Shown: piece after piece, positions 41,371 to 55,202 of the stretch
Position numbering within the stretch: position 1 is the first letter of the stretch
How the letters are laid out: the number at the start of each line of letters is the position of its first letter
NCBI RefSeq assembly: GCF_036321535.1
Contig: NC_087437.1
Span: forward strand, 87,980,001 to 88,044,000
Direction: 5' to 3'
From: Camelus dromedarius
Taxonomy: Eukaryota
DNA length: 64,000 nucleotides
Notes under the pieces: model-generated
What the model saw: only the letters and a program-made list of their open reading frames with translations
The model's database searches: none
What the model was told of the DNA's origin: nothing
Position numbers and translations under genes: made by a program

Positions 41371-42164
41371 TTTTTCTGTTACTCTAACGATTTGCTTCCT
41401 AAAGGTAGAATGCAATACCCTTGGGTTAACATAATAAGCCTTGCTTGTTAGCACCATAGAAATAAATGCAAGATATGGTGTCTGAACAACTTCGCCCCTA
41501 GGGGGAGCTCAAAGTACATCTTCCTTTATTCCACCCCAGACACGTGCAAAGAGATACTGCCAAGGACACAATAGTGAGCCACAGTTCTAGGTATTGCTTC
41601 TCAACTAAATGGTAAAAACATCAAATGTTCTTCTAACTACAGGTGAGGTCTTAGATCTTTCAGATTCCTTCTGGATTTACTCTTCACTCATAGAGCACGT
41701 GCAAAAAAAACTTGCCTCCTTTCTTGGGAAGGTTATTAAGAAAGTAGATGAGATAATCAGGAAACAGCCAAGGGAAAAAGTGATATGGAACAGACAGCCT
41801 GCCTCTAGTTTAGGCAAAAAGAGTCCTTTTTCTAGAGCTGAGTTCTACATGGGGCTTTGGAACGAAGGCCTGTAGCAATAAAAAGCAAGTATACGTCTGG
41901 GACGTGCTTGGGAATCTACAAGGGAGGTGGCAGCAAGCTCTAGTCTAGTAAATGTGGAATTAGAATCCTATCTATGATCTGTGTAGAAATACAGCCAACA
42001 GTTAATTTTAAGAACTTTCTTTTTCTTCCAAGATAATAGTATCTTAAGCATTGCCACCTTAGTAAATATAAAAACTTATAATCAATACACTATTTTTAAG
42101 GGAAGAATAAAAATAAAGGCTGGTTTTAAATGTAGACAAAATGATCAGTAGTTAACTGTTTTAC

Positions 42165-42246
42165 CTGGAATGATCCAAGAATATCCTTTAAGGGCTCTTC
42201 ATAAAACTCATCTCTTCCAAAGAACAGCAGCAACTCAAAGAAACTC
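42165..42246 (-). CDS. ZNF654: Zinc finger protein 654, internal coding exon (first one confidently found in the window)
   Basis: Acceptor cttattctttctag|G, then SFFELLLFFGRDEFYEEPLKDILGSFQ, donor CAG|GTAAAA. 82 nt, phase 2 to 0. Not in the ORF track; found by manual translation. Confidence 0.92.
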
Positions 42247-43079
42247 CTAGAAAGAATAAGTGAATGGTAACTTTCATTGCTTCTCTGATTTTTGCTCCAA
42301 TTAAAATGATTCTCAAGCGATAACAGCTATACATTATCAGGTATTTAGCTTTAAAATAGTTGGTTTTGAAAAATTACACTGACCTTTTAGGATTCATGTT
42401 ATGTTTTCAGTAAAATTATTAAAAAAAAAATTTATTGAAGTCCTACACCTATAGAATGAACAATTACATTACTTATGCCTATCAATGTTCACAGTAGGGA
42501 AAATAATGCAGTGGTATACCAGGTGGCAAAATGTGGCTACCCATGTCAAAATGATTCAAAATGGGTACACAGTCCAGCTTCACCCCAGTACAATGGACCC
42601 AGAAAAAAATTCAAAATCTAATTTTTTCAGAGAAATATAAGGGATGGGTAAAATTTACACAAAAATATAAGAAAGTTATAGAATCACAATGAAACTCTCA
42701 GCCAACATTTACATTATAGCAATATCACCAATTCTGTATCTAATAAATGACACAGGGGTCCCTCAGCCCCTAGGCTTACCTTGATTATCACACTCATGAT
42801 AAACCGCTCAAACTCTGTGGTTCCTCCTTTTTAAATAAATTATTTGGTAAATACTGTTACTAGTAGTTTATGTGCCTTTAATAATTCATGAGTTCACACA
42901 GGAAGAAATATGACTTATTTCCTAATCATGAGCATGAAAAACTATTAAAATTATTTAATGTTACTTAGTAATCCTAAAGTAGCACAATGACAAATCCCTG
43001 AAAATCTTTAAATTTTATTGCTCTAGAAAATACTCAACTAGGAATACTGATATTGTCTTTTTAAACACTTTTGGCCCCC

Positions 43080-43905
43080 TTTTTCTGAAGCATAATTGAC
43101 ATACAACAATATATTAGCTTCAGATGTACAACATAATGATTCAACATTTTTATATATTGTGAAATGACCACAAATCTAGTTAACATCCATCACCAAACAT
43201 AGTTGCAGTTTTCTTCTTGTGATAAGAACTTTTAAGATTTACTCTCTTAGCAACTTTCAAATATGCAATACAGTATTATTAACTATAGTAGCCATGCTGT
43301 GCTTTACATCCTCATGATTTATTTTATAACTGGAAGTTTGTACTTGTTGACTCACTTTGCCCATTTTGCCTAACCCCAATCCCCTACCTCTGGCAACCAC
43401 CAATCTGTTCTCTGTATCTATGACCTTGGTATTTTGGGGGGCTTTTTGCTTTTTGTTTTTTTTAAGATTCCACATATAGGTAAGATCATTCACTATTTGT
43501 CTTTTTCTGACTTATTTCACTGAGTATAATGCCCCTAAGTTTAATCCATGTTGTCACAAATGGCAATACTGCATTCTTTTTATGGCTGAATAATATTCCA
43601 CTGTACACCACATCTTCCTTATCCATCAATCCACTGATGGACACTTAACATTGTTTCTATATCATAGCTGTTGTAAATAATGCTGCAATAAACACAGGAT
43701 GCCTAAATCTTTTCAAGATAGTGTTTTCGTTTTCTTTGGGTAAACATTCAAGTGGAATTGCTGGATCATATGGCAGTTCCACTTTTAATTTTTTGAGGAA
43801 CCTCCATACCGTCTGCACCAATTTACATTCCTACCAATAGTGTACAAGTGTACAAGGGTTTCCTTTTCTCCACATCCTTGTCAACACGTGTCATTTCCTG
43901 TCTTC
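43080..43905 (-). mobile_element. LINE-1 3' end fragment
   Basis: Reverse complement of a typical L1 3' UTR / ORF2 end (agattccacatat..., ggaattgctggatcatatgg, ttctccacatcctt). Confidence 0.85.
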
Positions 43906-44099
43906 ATTCTTTGCCTTTAATCAAAACAAATCACTAATAAAAACAAAATTTTAAATGCAAATATAACTATGAGAATACAGTTTAAAAAATTATATAAAAG
44001 ACCTAAGTATTACCCAATTATTACAAAGACCCTTCTAAATATAGCATAGTAGTCATACTCCATAAACTGATATAATTTTGACTACTGAAAATTTTTAAA

Positions 44100-44985
44100 T
44101 GTCAACAAAAAACACATAAAAGTAGTCAAAAGCAAAATGGTACACTGAGAATCTTTGTTGATTTCCTTAATTAAAAAGCTGATACAAGTAACTTTTTAAA
44201 AAAAAGTTAACAAACTGGTAGAAAACTGGGAGGCGATAAGACTACTTCACAGAAAAGAAATACCAAGTGGATTTTTTCAAATATGAGAAGATTGTCTACT
44301 ATAGTTAAATAAGTAAAATTATAATGACATATCACCTCTCCTATCATATTTAGAAAAATAAGAATGTTGATGTATTCCATGATGGCTCTGATATAGAGAA
44401 ATAGGCTTTGTGATCTTGTTGAAGGGATGATATGTGGTACTACCTCTTTTAAAGGCAATACAGTAAATACAGTAAAGCAAAACTCTTAAGTGCACACATA
44501 CCATTTGACTTACCATTTCTACTTATAAGTATTTAATCCTCCAAATAAGACATGTTCAAAGACATGTGTATATATATATATATGCATCCACAGGTGGCTT
44601 GTAATAGTAAAAGAATGGAAACATACTAAATGTCTACTACAGGGGACTGGGCAAATTAATTATAATATACTCATACAATGACATTTGATACAAATATTAA
44701 TATTAGTGAGAATATAATTACATCTATATGAGTAGATAAGGGAAAAAAATTCCAAGATACTAAGCAAAGATGCAGAAATCTATTCATTACATTATCATTG
44801 GTAAGTAGAGGGTGCATGTACACCAGTGCATACCACCAGACGGCTAGAGGGATAAATAACAAACTGGTAAAAGCAGTTGCCTCTAGATAGAGGAAACAGA
44901 AATTAGAGGTCAGGGGTGAAAAGGAAAATTCTTTTTCATTATCAACCATTATGCATTTATTTTACCATCAGTAAGTACATATAAA
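44100..44985 (+). mobile_element. Ancient L1 (L1ME/MC-like) 3' fragment
   Basis: Degenerate L1 ORF2 end and 3' UTR motifs; A-rich strand bias. Confidence 0.55.
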
Positions 44986-46518
44986 ATAGCCCCACCAATG
45001 TACCTCTGGAATCTTTATCCCTACTAACAAAGCATTAATTCACATCTATCTTATTTCTTAACTTCTAATAGAATCTATCTCTAGTCGTGCTATTTCACAC
45101 TTTCCTAAAATCCATGTTCAACCCAGCTGCCATTGTGATCTTTCTAAAACACAGAATGATCTACTTAAAGACTTTACCAATTGCTGTTTAGATTGTACCA
45201 TCTAAAGCAAAGAACTTCAGCTGACACATTTATTTTATATGGATAAAATATTAGTTTAAGATAATTTAGTCAGTTTCCAATATTTAAAAACTGTGATATT
45301 TCAGATTAAATATAGATTTCTCTGAACTCTTAAAAAACAGAAACCCCTGTAACACAGGGCTTGCATCTCTCCATGGCAAAGTAAGCTGAGCAGCTACTGC
45401 CCTTGGTCAAGGCATGGACCTCTTTTCCAATTTGCCAGTCTCCATCCACCCCTCATTTCTCCAGCACACTGCCTACCTGACTTATTTATTATTTATATTC
45501 CCTTCCTATTCTATTTAGGTATTTGAGATCACTGTAGAGTAGGAATTTCAAATTCCTTATCATAACATACGAACCTTTAAATGTCTGATCCCAAACTACT
45601 CTTACACACAGCTTTTACCACAAATTCCATGCTCTCCAACTGCAGCAAACTTCTCTATATTCCCTAAAACTCTTATACTTAAAGGTCTTTGGATCCGTTG
45701 CTTCCTAAAGACCTATTTATAAGATTTCACCTTGGAACTTAGCCTAAAAACTCCCTTCCTTCTCTCCAGACAAACATAGAGGTGATTCTTCTGTACTATC
45801 ATAGCACTGTACTTTGCATATCTATTGTAACATGTTGAAACATGGAGGTGTTAAAGTTGCACTAGGTAGAGCAGAGTAGAAACTGCATCATTATGTTGAG
45901 TAGACAGTATTGGCTAGTAGGACATTTAATTCTATTAAAGGAGGGAGAGATACAAAGTTTCTTAGTAGAAATAAAACATGTTATGGCAGTAAATTCAGAG
46001 ATGAGCGTGCAGATTAATATGACCTTGTAGATAATAAAACAAAATATGCAGAAATATGTCTACATTACGTGAACATGAAAGGGAAGCCAATGTTTCATGA
46101 GATCTGTGTGTGCCCCACTATCAGCTACCTCAATAACAAGGCCCAACTTCATGATAATGATATTAAAATGAGAAAAACTACATGTAAAATAAGTGAAGAC
46201 TAAATAATGATAAAACAACTTGGTCTAATGATAAAACAACATGGTCGAGCTAGCTCTGCCTTGGGGTAAGATTCAGGGACATCAACAAGTATTACGCAGT
46301 AGTGAAATCATTAGGGGAAAAAACCCTAGATTATATGCAGAAATAGAAACTTCATGTTTCAAATCTGTTGAATTTCCTATTGCCTACTATAAAGGATCCA
46401 CCAAATGCTTAGAGATCAAACTGTCTAGCCCTCAAGGAAGCAAATTCTACAAGGTGCAGGGTAAATGAGTCCAAAATGGAACAAAGTAGGACCCCAAAAT
46501 ACACCTAGCAATCTAGAG

Positions 46519-46833
46519 CAGAGATGGCAAACTACTGCCCATGGGCCACATCTGGCCCAAGAAGGCTGAAGGCCTGTTTCAGTATAATGCATGAGATAAG
46601 AATATTCAGATTGTTAAAATAAAAAAAATAATATTTCATAATAGGTGAAAATTACATGAAATTTAAATATCACTGTCAACAAATAAGTCATTACTGCAAC
46701 ACAACCAAACCCATCTATTTACACATTGACAATGGCTGCTTTCACACTACAAAGACAGAACTGAGTGATGGCAACAGACACTTTAAGGGTTAAGCCTAAA
46801 AATATCTGCTATGTGGCCCTTCATTCACCCATG
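46519..46833. mobile_element. MER58-like hAT-Charlie MITE
   Basis: cagagatggcaaactac..cccatgggccacatctggcc; perfect 8-bp TSD ATCTAGAG at 46511-46518 and 46834-46841. Confidence 0.82.
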
Positions 46834-48169
46834 ATCTAGAGTCGCACTGGGTTTGAATCTCAGCTCCACCACTTCCTTGATGTGTAACCCTGGGCAAGTC
46901 ACTGAATATCCCTGTGCCTCAGTTTATTTATAAAACAGGAACAGTAATAGTAGCTACCACTTATAAAACACTTAAAACACTCCCTGGTAGTGCTATAGGT
47001 GCTTGCTAGTAATGATAGGGAACTACTGTTTTTATTAACATTGCCATGAAAGTTTCCTTCAACAGTCTAAAATGAAACATGAGATCTTCAGTTTTGATCT
47101 TTTCAGTTGTGTATATGTCAATTTTGTTGAAACATATGACACCAATTTTTCTCACTTAAATTATGAAGATTTTAAAGATACCTGATTACATTCATCAAAA
47201 TGTTTCTTTCCAAAAAGTTATATATGTATAATGTTATACTGTTTTTTAATGTTGAATATGTTTAATACAATGTTTAATATGATTCTATAATAAAATATAT
47301 TTGGTATAATGTTTAATATGTAACAGTCTGTACATTAACCAATTTATAATTAACATGAGTCCAAATTGTGAGTTACCTACAGTTCATTCACCTAAATTGA
47401 AATAATTATTCAAAACAGAATTACTTAAACAAAATGATTTATATAAAAACATAAATTATTTATAGTGGGATGAATATATTATAGATGGTATGCCTTTTGA
47501 ATTTAAAAAAAAATTATAGCTTTTACAGTCATTTTTATTTGACTTACTAGAGTCCCATTAGAGTCCCTATTTATGAAACAAACTATATTCTGTCATTGGG
47601 TTGCTTGGAATCCAGACCATATTTTCACATTTATTACAAACAGTAATAAGGTAGCAGACTTCCTAAAATATATAGACACACATAGATTGTTTTGGTAATT
47701 ATGACCAGAATTACTTTTCTTTTTTGGGCCTCTATAGCAGGTAAGTAATTTTCATCCTAAAATACAAGAATATGGATTTCTGCATTTATCTCCCATAGGA
47801 AAATTCCACTAAATTATGCTGCTTAACTATCCAAATAAGAAAACCACTTACCAATTTAAGTCAAAGAAAATTAGGCTTATTCTACATGAATTAAATAAAA
47901 ACAGAATAAAATGTTACTGCTCACATGTAAAATACTCAATTTTTAAAAATTTCTTCTATACTTATTAACTCTAAATTTTTGATATCATATAGATATTTCA
48001 ACTCAGAGCTACTTAACCTTAACAATGAGCATTTACTTCAACATACTCAAAGCACTCCAATGCATTTATCTTCAAGATGCTTTCTTCAGCAGTGTCTTTA
48101 CTGAGGAAAGAAAAGGTTCACAGTTTTTTTTTTCAAATATATATTGATAAAGATAAAGAAATTGTACAT

Positions 48170-50850
48170 TATTGTTTCTAAAGTATGACAGACTAGGTAC
48201 CCTGAATGAGTCACCCTCAAAACAAGTAAAATGCTGGATAAAATAGCTGGCTTTTGCCTTGACTAGAACTTTTACAAACAGTTACACCAATATGCTCCTC
48301 CCACCCACTGCACCATATTTCTAGATTGTAAGGAAAACTGCTTGGCTACAATTGGAACTAGACAGGAAAAGAGAAAAAAAAATAAATCTCCTGTTAAAAT
48401 CCTCTCATATAGGTTGTCACCTGAATTCATCTTACTAACATGGTCCAAAAACTCTCAAGCCAAGAATTTAGCTAAGATTGGTTCTGGGCTAGTAATGGCT
48501 CCAGGTCCCTGGTAGAAACAAATGTAAATCCTTTCTAAATACCCACCTCAAATCCAGTCTTCAATTTTTTTTTGGTGGGGGGAGGATTAGGTTTATTTAT
48601 TTGTTTAATGGAGGTACTGAGGATTGAACCCAGGACTTCATGCATGCTAGGCATGCACTCTACCACTGAACTATACCCTCCCCACCAGGCTTCAATTTTT
48701 ACAAATGAATTTATTTCAAGAAAATACACATTAACAATGTAAATAATAATTATAATAATAAAAACCACAGATATAAGGAAATACAACAGGAGCAAGGAGA
48801 AACAGAAAGTCCACAAAGGCTTTATATATTTAAACCAGACCCAGAATATAAAATGAGTATAACACAGTTTAAGAAATTTAAAAAAAAGTACTAAAAATAT
48901 AAAGAATGAAATAATCAAGAGCAGTCAAAAAACTCCTAGAAATGAAAAATCAATGAAATTAAAAGTCAGTGGATCAAAGATTAAACACAGCTGAAGAAAA
49001 AATTAATAAACTGAAAGCTCTGGAAAAAAAAATGACCAAAATGTAATACAAAGAGACAAAGAAATAGAAAATACAAGCAACAGTTAAAGACATGGATGAT
49101 GGAACATACAAGTCTAACATATCTAATCATACTTCTACAAAAAAAAAAATAAAGAAAAAGAGAGAATGGGAGAATGAGGCAAAGACAAAAACTGGGTAAG
49201 GATTTTTCATAACTGATGAAATATACCAATTCTCAGATCCAGGAAGCCCAGGAAATCTCAATAATGATTAATAAAACTAAATCTACACATAACTAATCAC
49301 GGTAAACTATAAAATACCAAATACAAAGAACAATATGTGAAAAACAGAAAAATACAGACTGTTTACAAAGACATGGGAAATCAGCAAGAAAAGTCTAAGA
49401 TGCAAATTAGTAAACATATCGGCTAAAAAAATTGACAGCATGAAGCAAAAGCAATAGTAATTTCATCTGGGCTTTTAAAAAAATATAGCAAAAACATATG
49501 GCATCAATAGCATTTAAGTTGGAAAGAGCAGTTTCAGCCTTAGTGTTCCAGTATTCTTGAACCAGAGAAAGATAAAAAGCATATAAAATAAATACTTCAG
49601 TAAGGTAAGCACTAAATTCTCCTTACCTGATTTATAAATTTACATACCTTTAAGTTTTTCTGAAAGTAGACAATTGATTACAAAGTAGACAATTGATTAC
49701 AAAACTATGAAATAGCATGAGCAATGAGAAGGAACTAGTCAATATTAAAACATTTTGGAAAGACTTTATAATTGAGCTGGCATTATATTGGTACATGAAC
49801 AAATAGCCTAATGAAATCAAATGGAAAATCCAAAAATAGGGCAACTGCATGTGAAAAGTGAGTATATGACAAAAGGGGCATCAAGTCTGTAGGAAAACGT
49901 TGACTTCATATCAGATAGCCCAATATTAAAAGACAAAAATGATTCACTCCAACTTCCAAACATAAGAAAAAAATTCAAAATGGATCATAAACCTAAATAT
50001 AAAAAAATTAAACAATATAAATATCAGACAAAATCCCATATAACCTGGTTATAGAGAAATGTTTCTTAACTAGGTTTCAAAAGTAGGAAGCAATAGAATA
50101 CTGATAAATTTTAATTATATTTTAAAAAGTCTAAAAATATAAATGCCATAAGGAAAGCAAAACAGAGATGAAAAAAATACACATTTGTAACTTACATCAC
50201 AGGAAGGGGTTAATATCTCTAATACATAAAGAGCTATGAAAATTGAGAAGAAAAAGTCCAACTAACTTATAGAAAATGAGCTTCAGATATAAACAAGTAG
50301 CTCATGGAAAATGAAACACAAATGGTCTTTAAAGATATGCTAAAAGATGTTCAACTTCACTCACAGTAAGAAAAATATAAATTAAAACTACATTGACATG
50401 CCATTTCTCTTTTGTTAGCTTAGCAAAAAATCAAAAGTTTGACAACACAAAACTGTGGTGAGGTTGGAGGTAAACAAAGCCTCATTTTGTGGGTGAGAAT
50501 GCAAAATGGTACAAGCAGTATAGAGGGAACTTTGAGACTACTTAGCAAAATTACATATCTAGTCTCCTTTTGGCACAGATTCTAGGAGCCTATCCCAAAA
50601 ATCTACTGGGAAACATACAAAAATATGTATGCAAACAAATCATAATCATAGCACTATTTGTAACAGGAAAATAAGAGAAGCAATCCAAATACTTATCATT
50701 AGAAAGTATGTTGAATGAAGTATGGTACATCTACACAAGACTAAGTTGTAAAAAGAAATTTACACTGTGTCTTGATCTCCAAGATACAATATTAAGTGAA
50801 AAATGCAGAGTGTAAAAAAGTGTGTATCTGTTATTCAAAAAAAAAAAAAG
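48170..50850 (+). mobile_element. Ancient L1 fragments (ORF1 to 3' end remnants), carrying the SINE insertion
   Basis: ORF1-like (cagatccaggaagccca) and ORF2-like (aaagatgttcaacttcactc, aatgcaaaatggtaca) remnants; strong A bias. Confidence 0.65.
48570..48684 (-). mobile_element. tRNA-derived SINE, camelid Vic-1-like
   Basis: Minus strand reads GGGGAGGGTATAGTTCAGTGGTAGAG...GGGTTCAATCCTCAGTACCTCC. 16-bp TSD ccag(t/g)cttcaattttt at 48554-48569 and 48685-48700. Confidence 0.88.
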
Positions 50851-50869
50851 CATGGGGTATGGATATATA

Positions 50870-52480
50870 TCTCTTAGATCATGCTTTTCTAGCCAACCAA
50901 TTTCTGTCTTTTTTAATAGATTTAGGCAATTTATATGTGATTTTTAATATGCTTCGATTAAAACCTACTATCTTTATAATTGTTTTCTATTTGTTCTATC
51001 TGTTCATTGTTCCATTTGACCCTTCTTCCACCTTCTTTTAGACTGAGTAATTTTATGATTCCATTTTATCTCCACTTTGGCTTAATATATCCACCTCTGT
51101 ATTCAGTGGTTTTAGTGACTACCCTAGGATTTTATATATATATATATAAAACATATATATATCTTTAATAAATCCCAGCCTACCTTCAAAATTGTGCTGT
51201 TTTAGTAAGGCATAATATACTAATCCTTGTGCTATTTTTGTCATTCACTTTACTTTTAAATGCTATAGACCAACAATACTTCACTTCAATTTTTGCTTTA
51301 ATCTCAGCATTTAGGAAATATGACCCATGCACTGGCTGCCAGTTTTTGTAAAAGTTTTATTGGAACACAGCCACATGCATTCATTCATCTTGTCTATGGC
51401 TGCTACAATAGCAGAGCTGAGTAGTTACAACAGGCACTCCATGGTCTGCAAGTATAAAATAGCTGGCCTTTAAAAAATACATACTGAAGTACTACATAAT
51501 CCATGGTTGGTGGAATCGAAAGACACAGAATCGCAGAAATGGAAGACTGGTTGTAAGTTCTACATGAATTTTTGACTGTGTGGGAGGTTGACTCCTCTAG
51601 CCCCTGTATTCTTCAAGGGTCAACTGTATCTTTATTCTCTGGTGGCCTTCACTATTTTCTATGATCTTTTTAGTTTGAATGTGATGCATCTAGGGGATCT
51701 AGGTGGTGGTTTGAGAGAAAGAGATGGATCTTGAAATTATCTTACTGGTTGTTCTTCGAGTTTCTCAGATCTGTGGTTTGGCATCCTTCATTATATTTGG
51801 AAAATTCATGGCTACTGTTTGGTATTTCTCCTGTCTCATTTTTCGTCCTTCTGGGATTCTAGCGGACACATGTTGCAACTTCATATTTTCCCAAAGCTCT
51901 TAGATGTGCTATTCCAACAGTTTTCTTCTTTCTCCTCTTTGTCATTTAGTTTGGGTAATTCCTTTTGACCTATACTCAAGTTCATTCATTCTTTCCTCAG
52001 TTGTGTTGTATTGATCTATCAGTGAGCCCATCAGAGGCATTCTTCATCTGTTACTGTATTTTTTATTTCCCGCATTTCTATTTGGAATTTTTCTTGGTGT
52101 CCCAGCTCTCTGCTGAAATTCTCATGTGTTGAACCATGTTCTCCACTTTTCCCACTAGACCTTTATATCTGAGTTTGATTCTACAAATTGCTTTTTCTCT
52201 TGATAGTGCATTTTTTTCCCTTGCTCTTTATATGCCTATAATTTTTGGCTGAAAGCTGAACTTCATGATGTATGAAACTGTAAACTGGTGTTAATGATAT
52301 TTGTGCCTGGAAACAGATATGCCTTTTCTTCTGCCAGCCTTTATGGTGGAGCATTAAGTAAATCTAATCATGAGTTAATTAGGTTTGTGTTATTTACTTC
52401 ATTTGGGTTGTTGCTGTCATGACCTTCAGTGTACCACTAGCTTCAAATTCCTTCACTATTGTGTGTAGGGTGAAGCCTGG
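50870..52480 (-). mobile_element. Ancient L1 fragments with MER58-like (about 51305-51475) and Tigger2a/MER8-like (to 51626) insertions
   Basis: T-rich antisense L1-like sequence; MER58 core ttttattggaacacagccac; Tigger terminal inverted repeat (TIR) ttcaagggtcaactg followed by TA. Confidence 0.6.
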
Positions 52481-52659
52481 GTAGCCAGATAGTATTTTAG
52501 GCTTTCTGGATCACATTAAGGTCTCTGTCACATTTTTTTAAACACCACTATTAAAAAATATGAAGACCAGTCTTGGCTTGGGAGCCATTAAAAACAAAAA
52601 CAAAAACAGCCATGAACAGTATTTGACTCCATGGGCCATAGTCTGCCTATTCCTGAAGT

Positions 52660-54480
52660 AAAGAATCATCACGTTAGGCAGAGAAATGGAAGACATGAAA
52701 GACCCAATTAAAACTTAAAATATACAAAATCTGAGATGAAAAATACATTGTATGGGATTAATGTCAGATTATCTGCAGAAGATAATATCAGTGAAAACAA
52801 GATACAGCATTACTAAAACAAAACACACACACACAAAAGAAAATCACTGAAAAAAATTGAACAGAATAGTCAGTAAGGTGTGGGTCAACTGTGGATTCCC
52901 TTTAAGTGGAATCCGTTAATAAAACATAATGGTGGTTTCTAAAACAATTTTTGAAGGCATTTCCCAAATCTGGTGAAAAGTACAAATTCAAAATTCCAAG
53001 AAGCTTAAGACTAATAGATGTGAGATAAACTACACAAGGAAAATTACTATCAGATTTCTTAAAACCAGCAATAAACTTCAGAAGAAACCAAATAGAAAAT
53101 GAAAAAAGCCAGAGTGGGAAAAATTATTTATGAATCACATATCTGATAAAGAATGTATAACCAGAATATATATAGAACTCTTACAACTCAGTAAGAAGGC
53201 AAACAATCCAATTGAAAAATGGGCAATAGATTTGAATAGACATTTTACCAAACATATGCAACAGCAAATAAGTATATGAAAAGATGTTTGCCACCAAAAG
53301 TACTGAGGAAATGCAAATTAAAACCAAAATGAGATACTACTATTATTTAATTACTAGAACAGCTATTATGAAAAAGACAACAACAAGTGTTAGTGAAGAT
53401 GTAGAGACACTGAAACCCTTATAGATTCCTGGTTAGAATTTTAAATGGTATACTCTGGAAAGAGTCTGGCAGTTCTAAGTTAAACAGATGTTAAACATAA
53501 ACTTATAGCATCTAGCAATTCCATTCCTAGGTATCTATTCAAGAGAAAAAAAAACATTTGTCCAGTTGTACACAAATGTTCGTATCAAAACAACTGCAAA
53601 AAATCCAAGTATCCATCAAATACTGAATACATAAACAAAATGTACTGTATCCATCCAATGGAATACTATCCAGCACAAATATAAATGAGCTATTGGTAAG
53701 TACTAAAACATAAATGAATCTCAGAAACATTATTCTAAGTGAAAGTACTCATATGTAGAAACCTACATATCATGTCATATTATTTACACAAAATGTCTAT
53801 AAATAGCAGCTCTATTTAAAGATAGAAAACAGATCAGTAGTGGCCTTGGCCTGGGGAGAAACTGAGAATTGACTGCAAGTGAGCATGAGAGAAATTTTGA
53901 GGGTGAAAAAAATGTTTTAAAACTGGATTATGGTGATGGCTGCACAACTTTATAAATTTACTAAAAATTAATTACACTTATACTGAATGAACTTAATGAC
54001 ATGGAAAGTATGCCTCAGTAAAACTATTAAAAAGATAACTAACAAAAACTTGAAGATAACTAAATAATTTTCTTATCTTACAAAATATAAAGATACAGAC
54101 TCACAGATATAAAGAACAAACTTATGGTTTCCAGGGGATAAATGGGGTGGGAAGAGAGAAATTGGGAGTTCGAAGTTTGAACCTCTTGGGGAATGATGAA
54201 AATGTTAGCTATCTTGATTGTGGTGGTGGTTTCACAGGTGTACACATTTATCAAAATTCATCAAATTGCATATCTGAAATATGTGTAGTTTACTGTATAG
54301 GAATTATATCACAATAAAGCTGTACAAAAAGGTAACTAGCAATGGTAAGGAGTGAGGAGGTACAGATGAAAGAAGACTGATGATATATTGATAATCATTG
54401 AAGCTGGTGACAGCTAAGGGCAGTTCATTATCCAATTCCTTCTACTTTTGGTTAGGTTTGAAAATTGTCATCATTAAAAT
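52660..54480 (+). mobile_element. L1 fragments (ORF1 remnant, ORF2 end, several 3' ends)
   Basis: aatcacatatctgataaag, gaaatgcaaattaaaacca, aatgttttaaaactggattatggtgatggctgcacaac; aataaagctg plus an A tract near 54320. Confidence 0.75.
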
Positions 54481-54666
54481 TTTTTTTAAAACACTGTATT
54501 GACAAAGATGTAGGGAAACAGGTCCCTTCTTATATGGCTGGCAATATTATAAATTGGCTCAAGTTTTGCAGAGAAAATTTGGCACTATCAAAATGACAAA
54601 CTTCAGACTCTTTAATCTAGCAATTCTACTCCTAGGATATCTGTCCAATATACAAATATCCTTGTA

Positions 54667-55025
54667 CAGGTGTACCCCAGATATTGCAAATTCAGGGCCA
54701 GAACACCGGAATAAAACAAATACTGCAAAAAATCAAGTCACATGATTTTTTGGTTTCCCAGTGCATGTAAAAGTTATGTTTACCCTATACTGTAATCTAT
54801 TAAGTGTGCAATAATATTGTGTATAAAAAAGTATATACCTTAATTTAAAAATGCTTTATTGCTATAAAGTGCTAACCATCATCTGAACCTTCAGTGAGTC
54901 ATAACAGTAACATCAAAGATCACTGATCAGAGATCATGACAACAAACATAATAATAATGAAAAATTTTGAAACATTGTGAGAATTGCCACAATGTGACAG
55001 AGATTGAAATGAGTAAATTCTGTTG
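54667..55025. mobile_element. Tigger1-derived fragment
   Basis: ta|caggtgtacc...ttttggtttcccagtgcat..aaaagttatgttt...aagatcactgatca, matching the recalled Tigger1 terminal sequence. Confidence 0.75.
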
Positions 55026-55202
55026 CAGGGTGTCTATTAGATACAGTGAGACAAAAATTTTTAACAGAAAAAAACAAAAACAAAGAAACAAAACACAAGC
55101 CAGAAGAGTAGATGGACACCTTTTAAAGTACTGAGGATAAAAAAACCTCTCAGTCAAATATTCAATAATCAGCAGATTATCTTCTAAAACCAGAGGTCTC
55201 TG

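Noticed and set aside
48535..49229. Hydrophobic F/L/I-rich ORFs resembling membrane proteins
   Set aside because: Antisense translation of A-rich L1 and SINE sequence.
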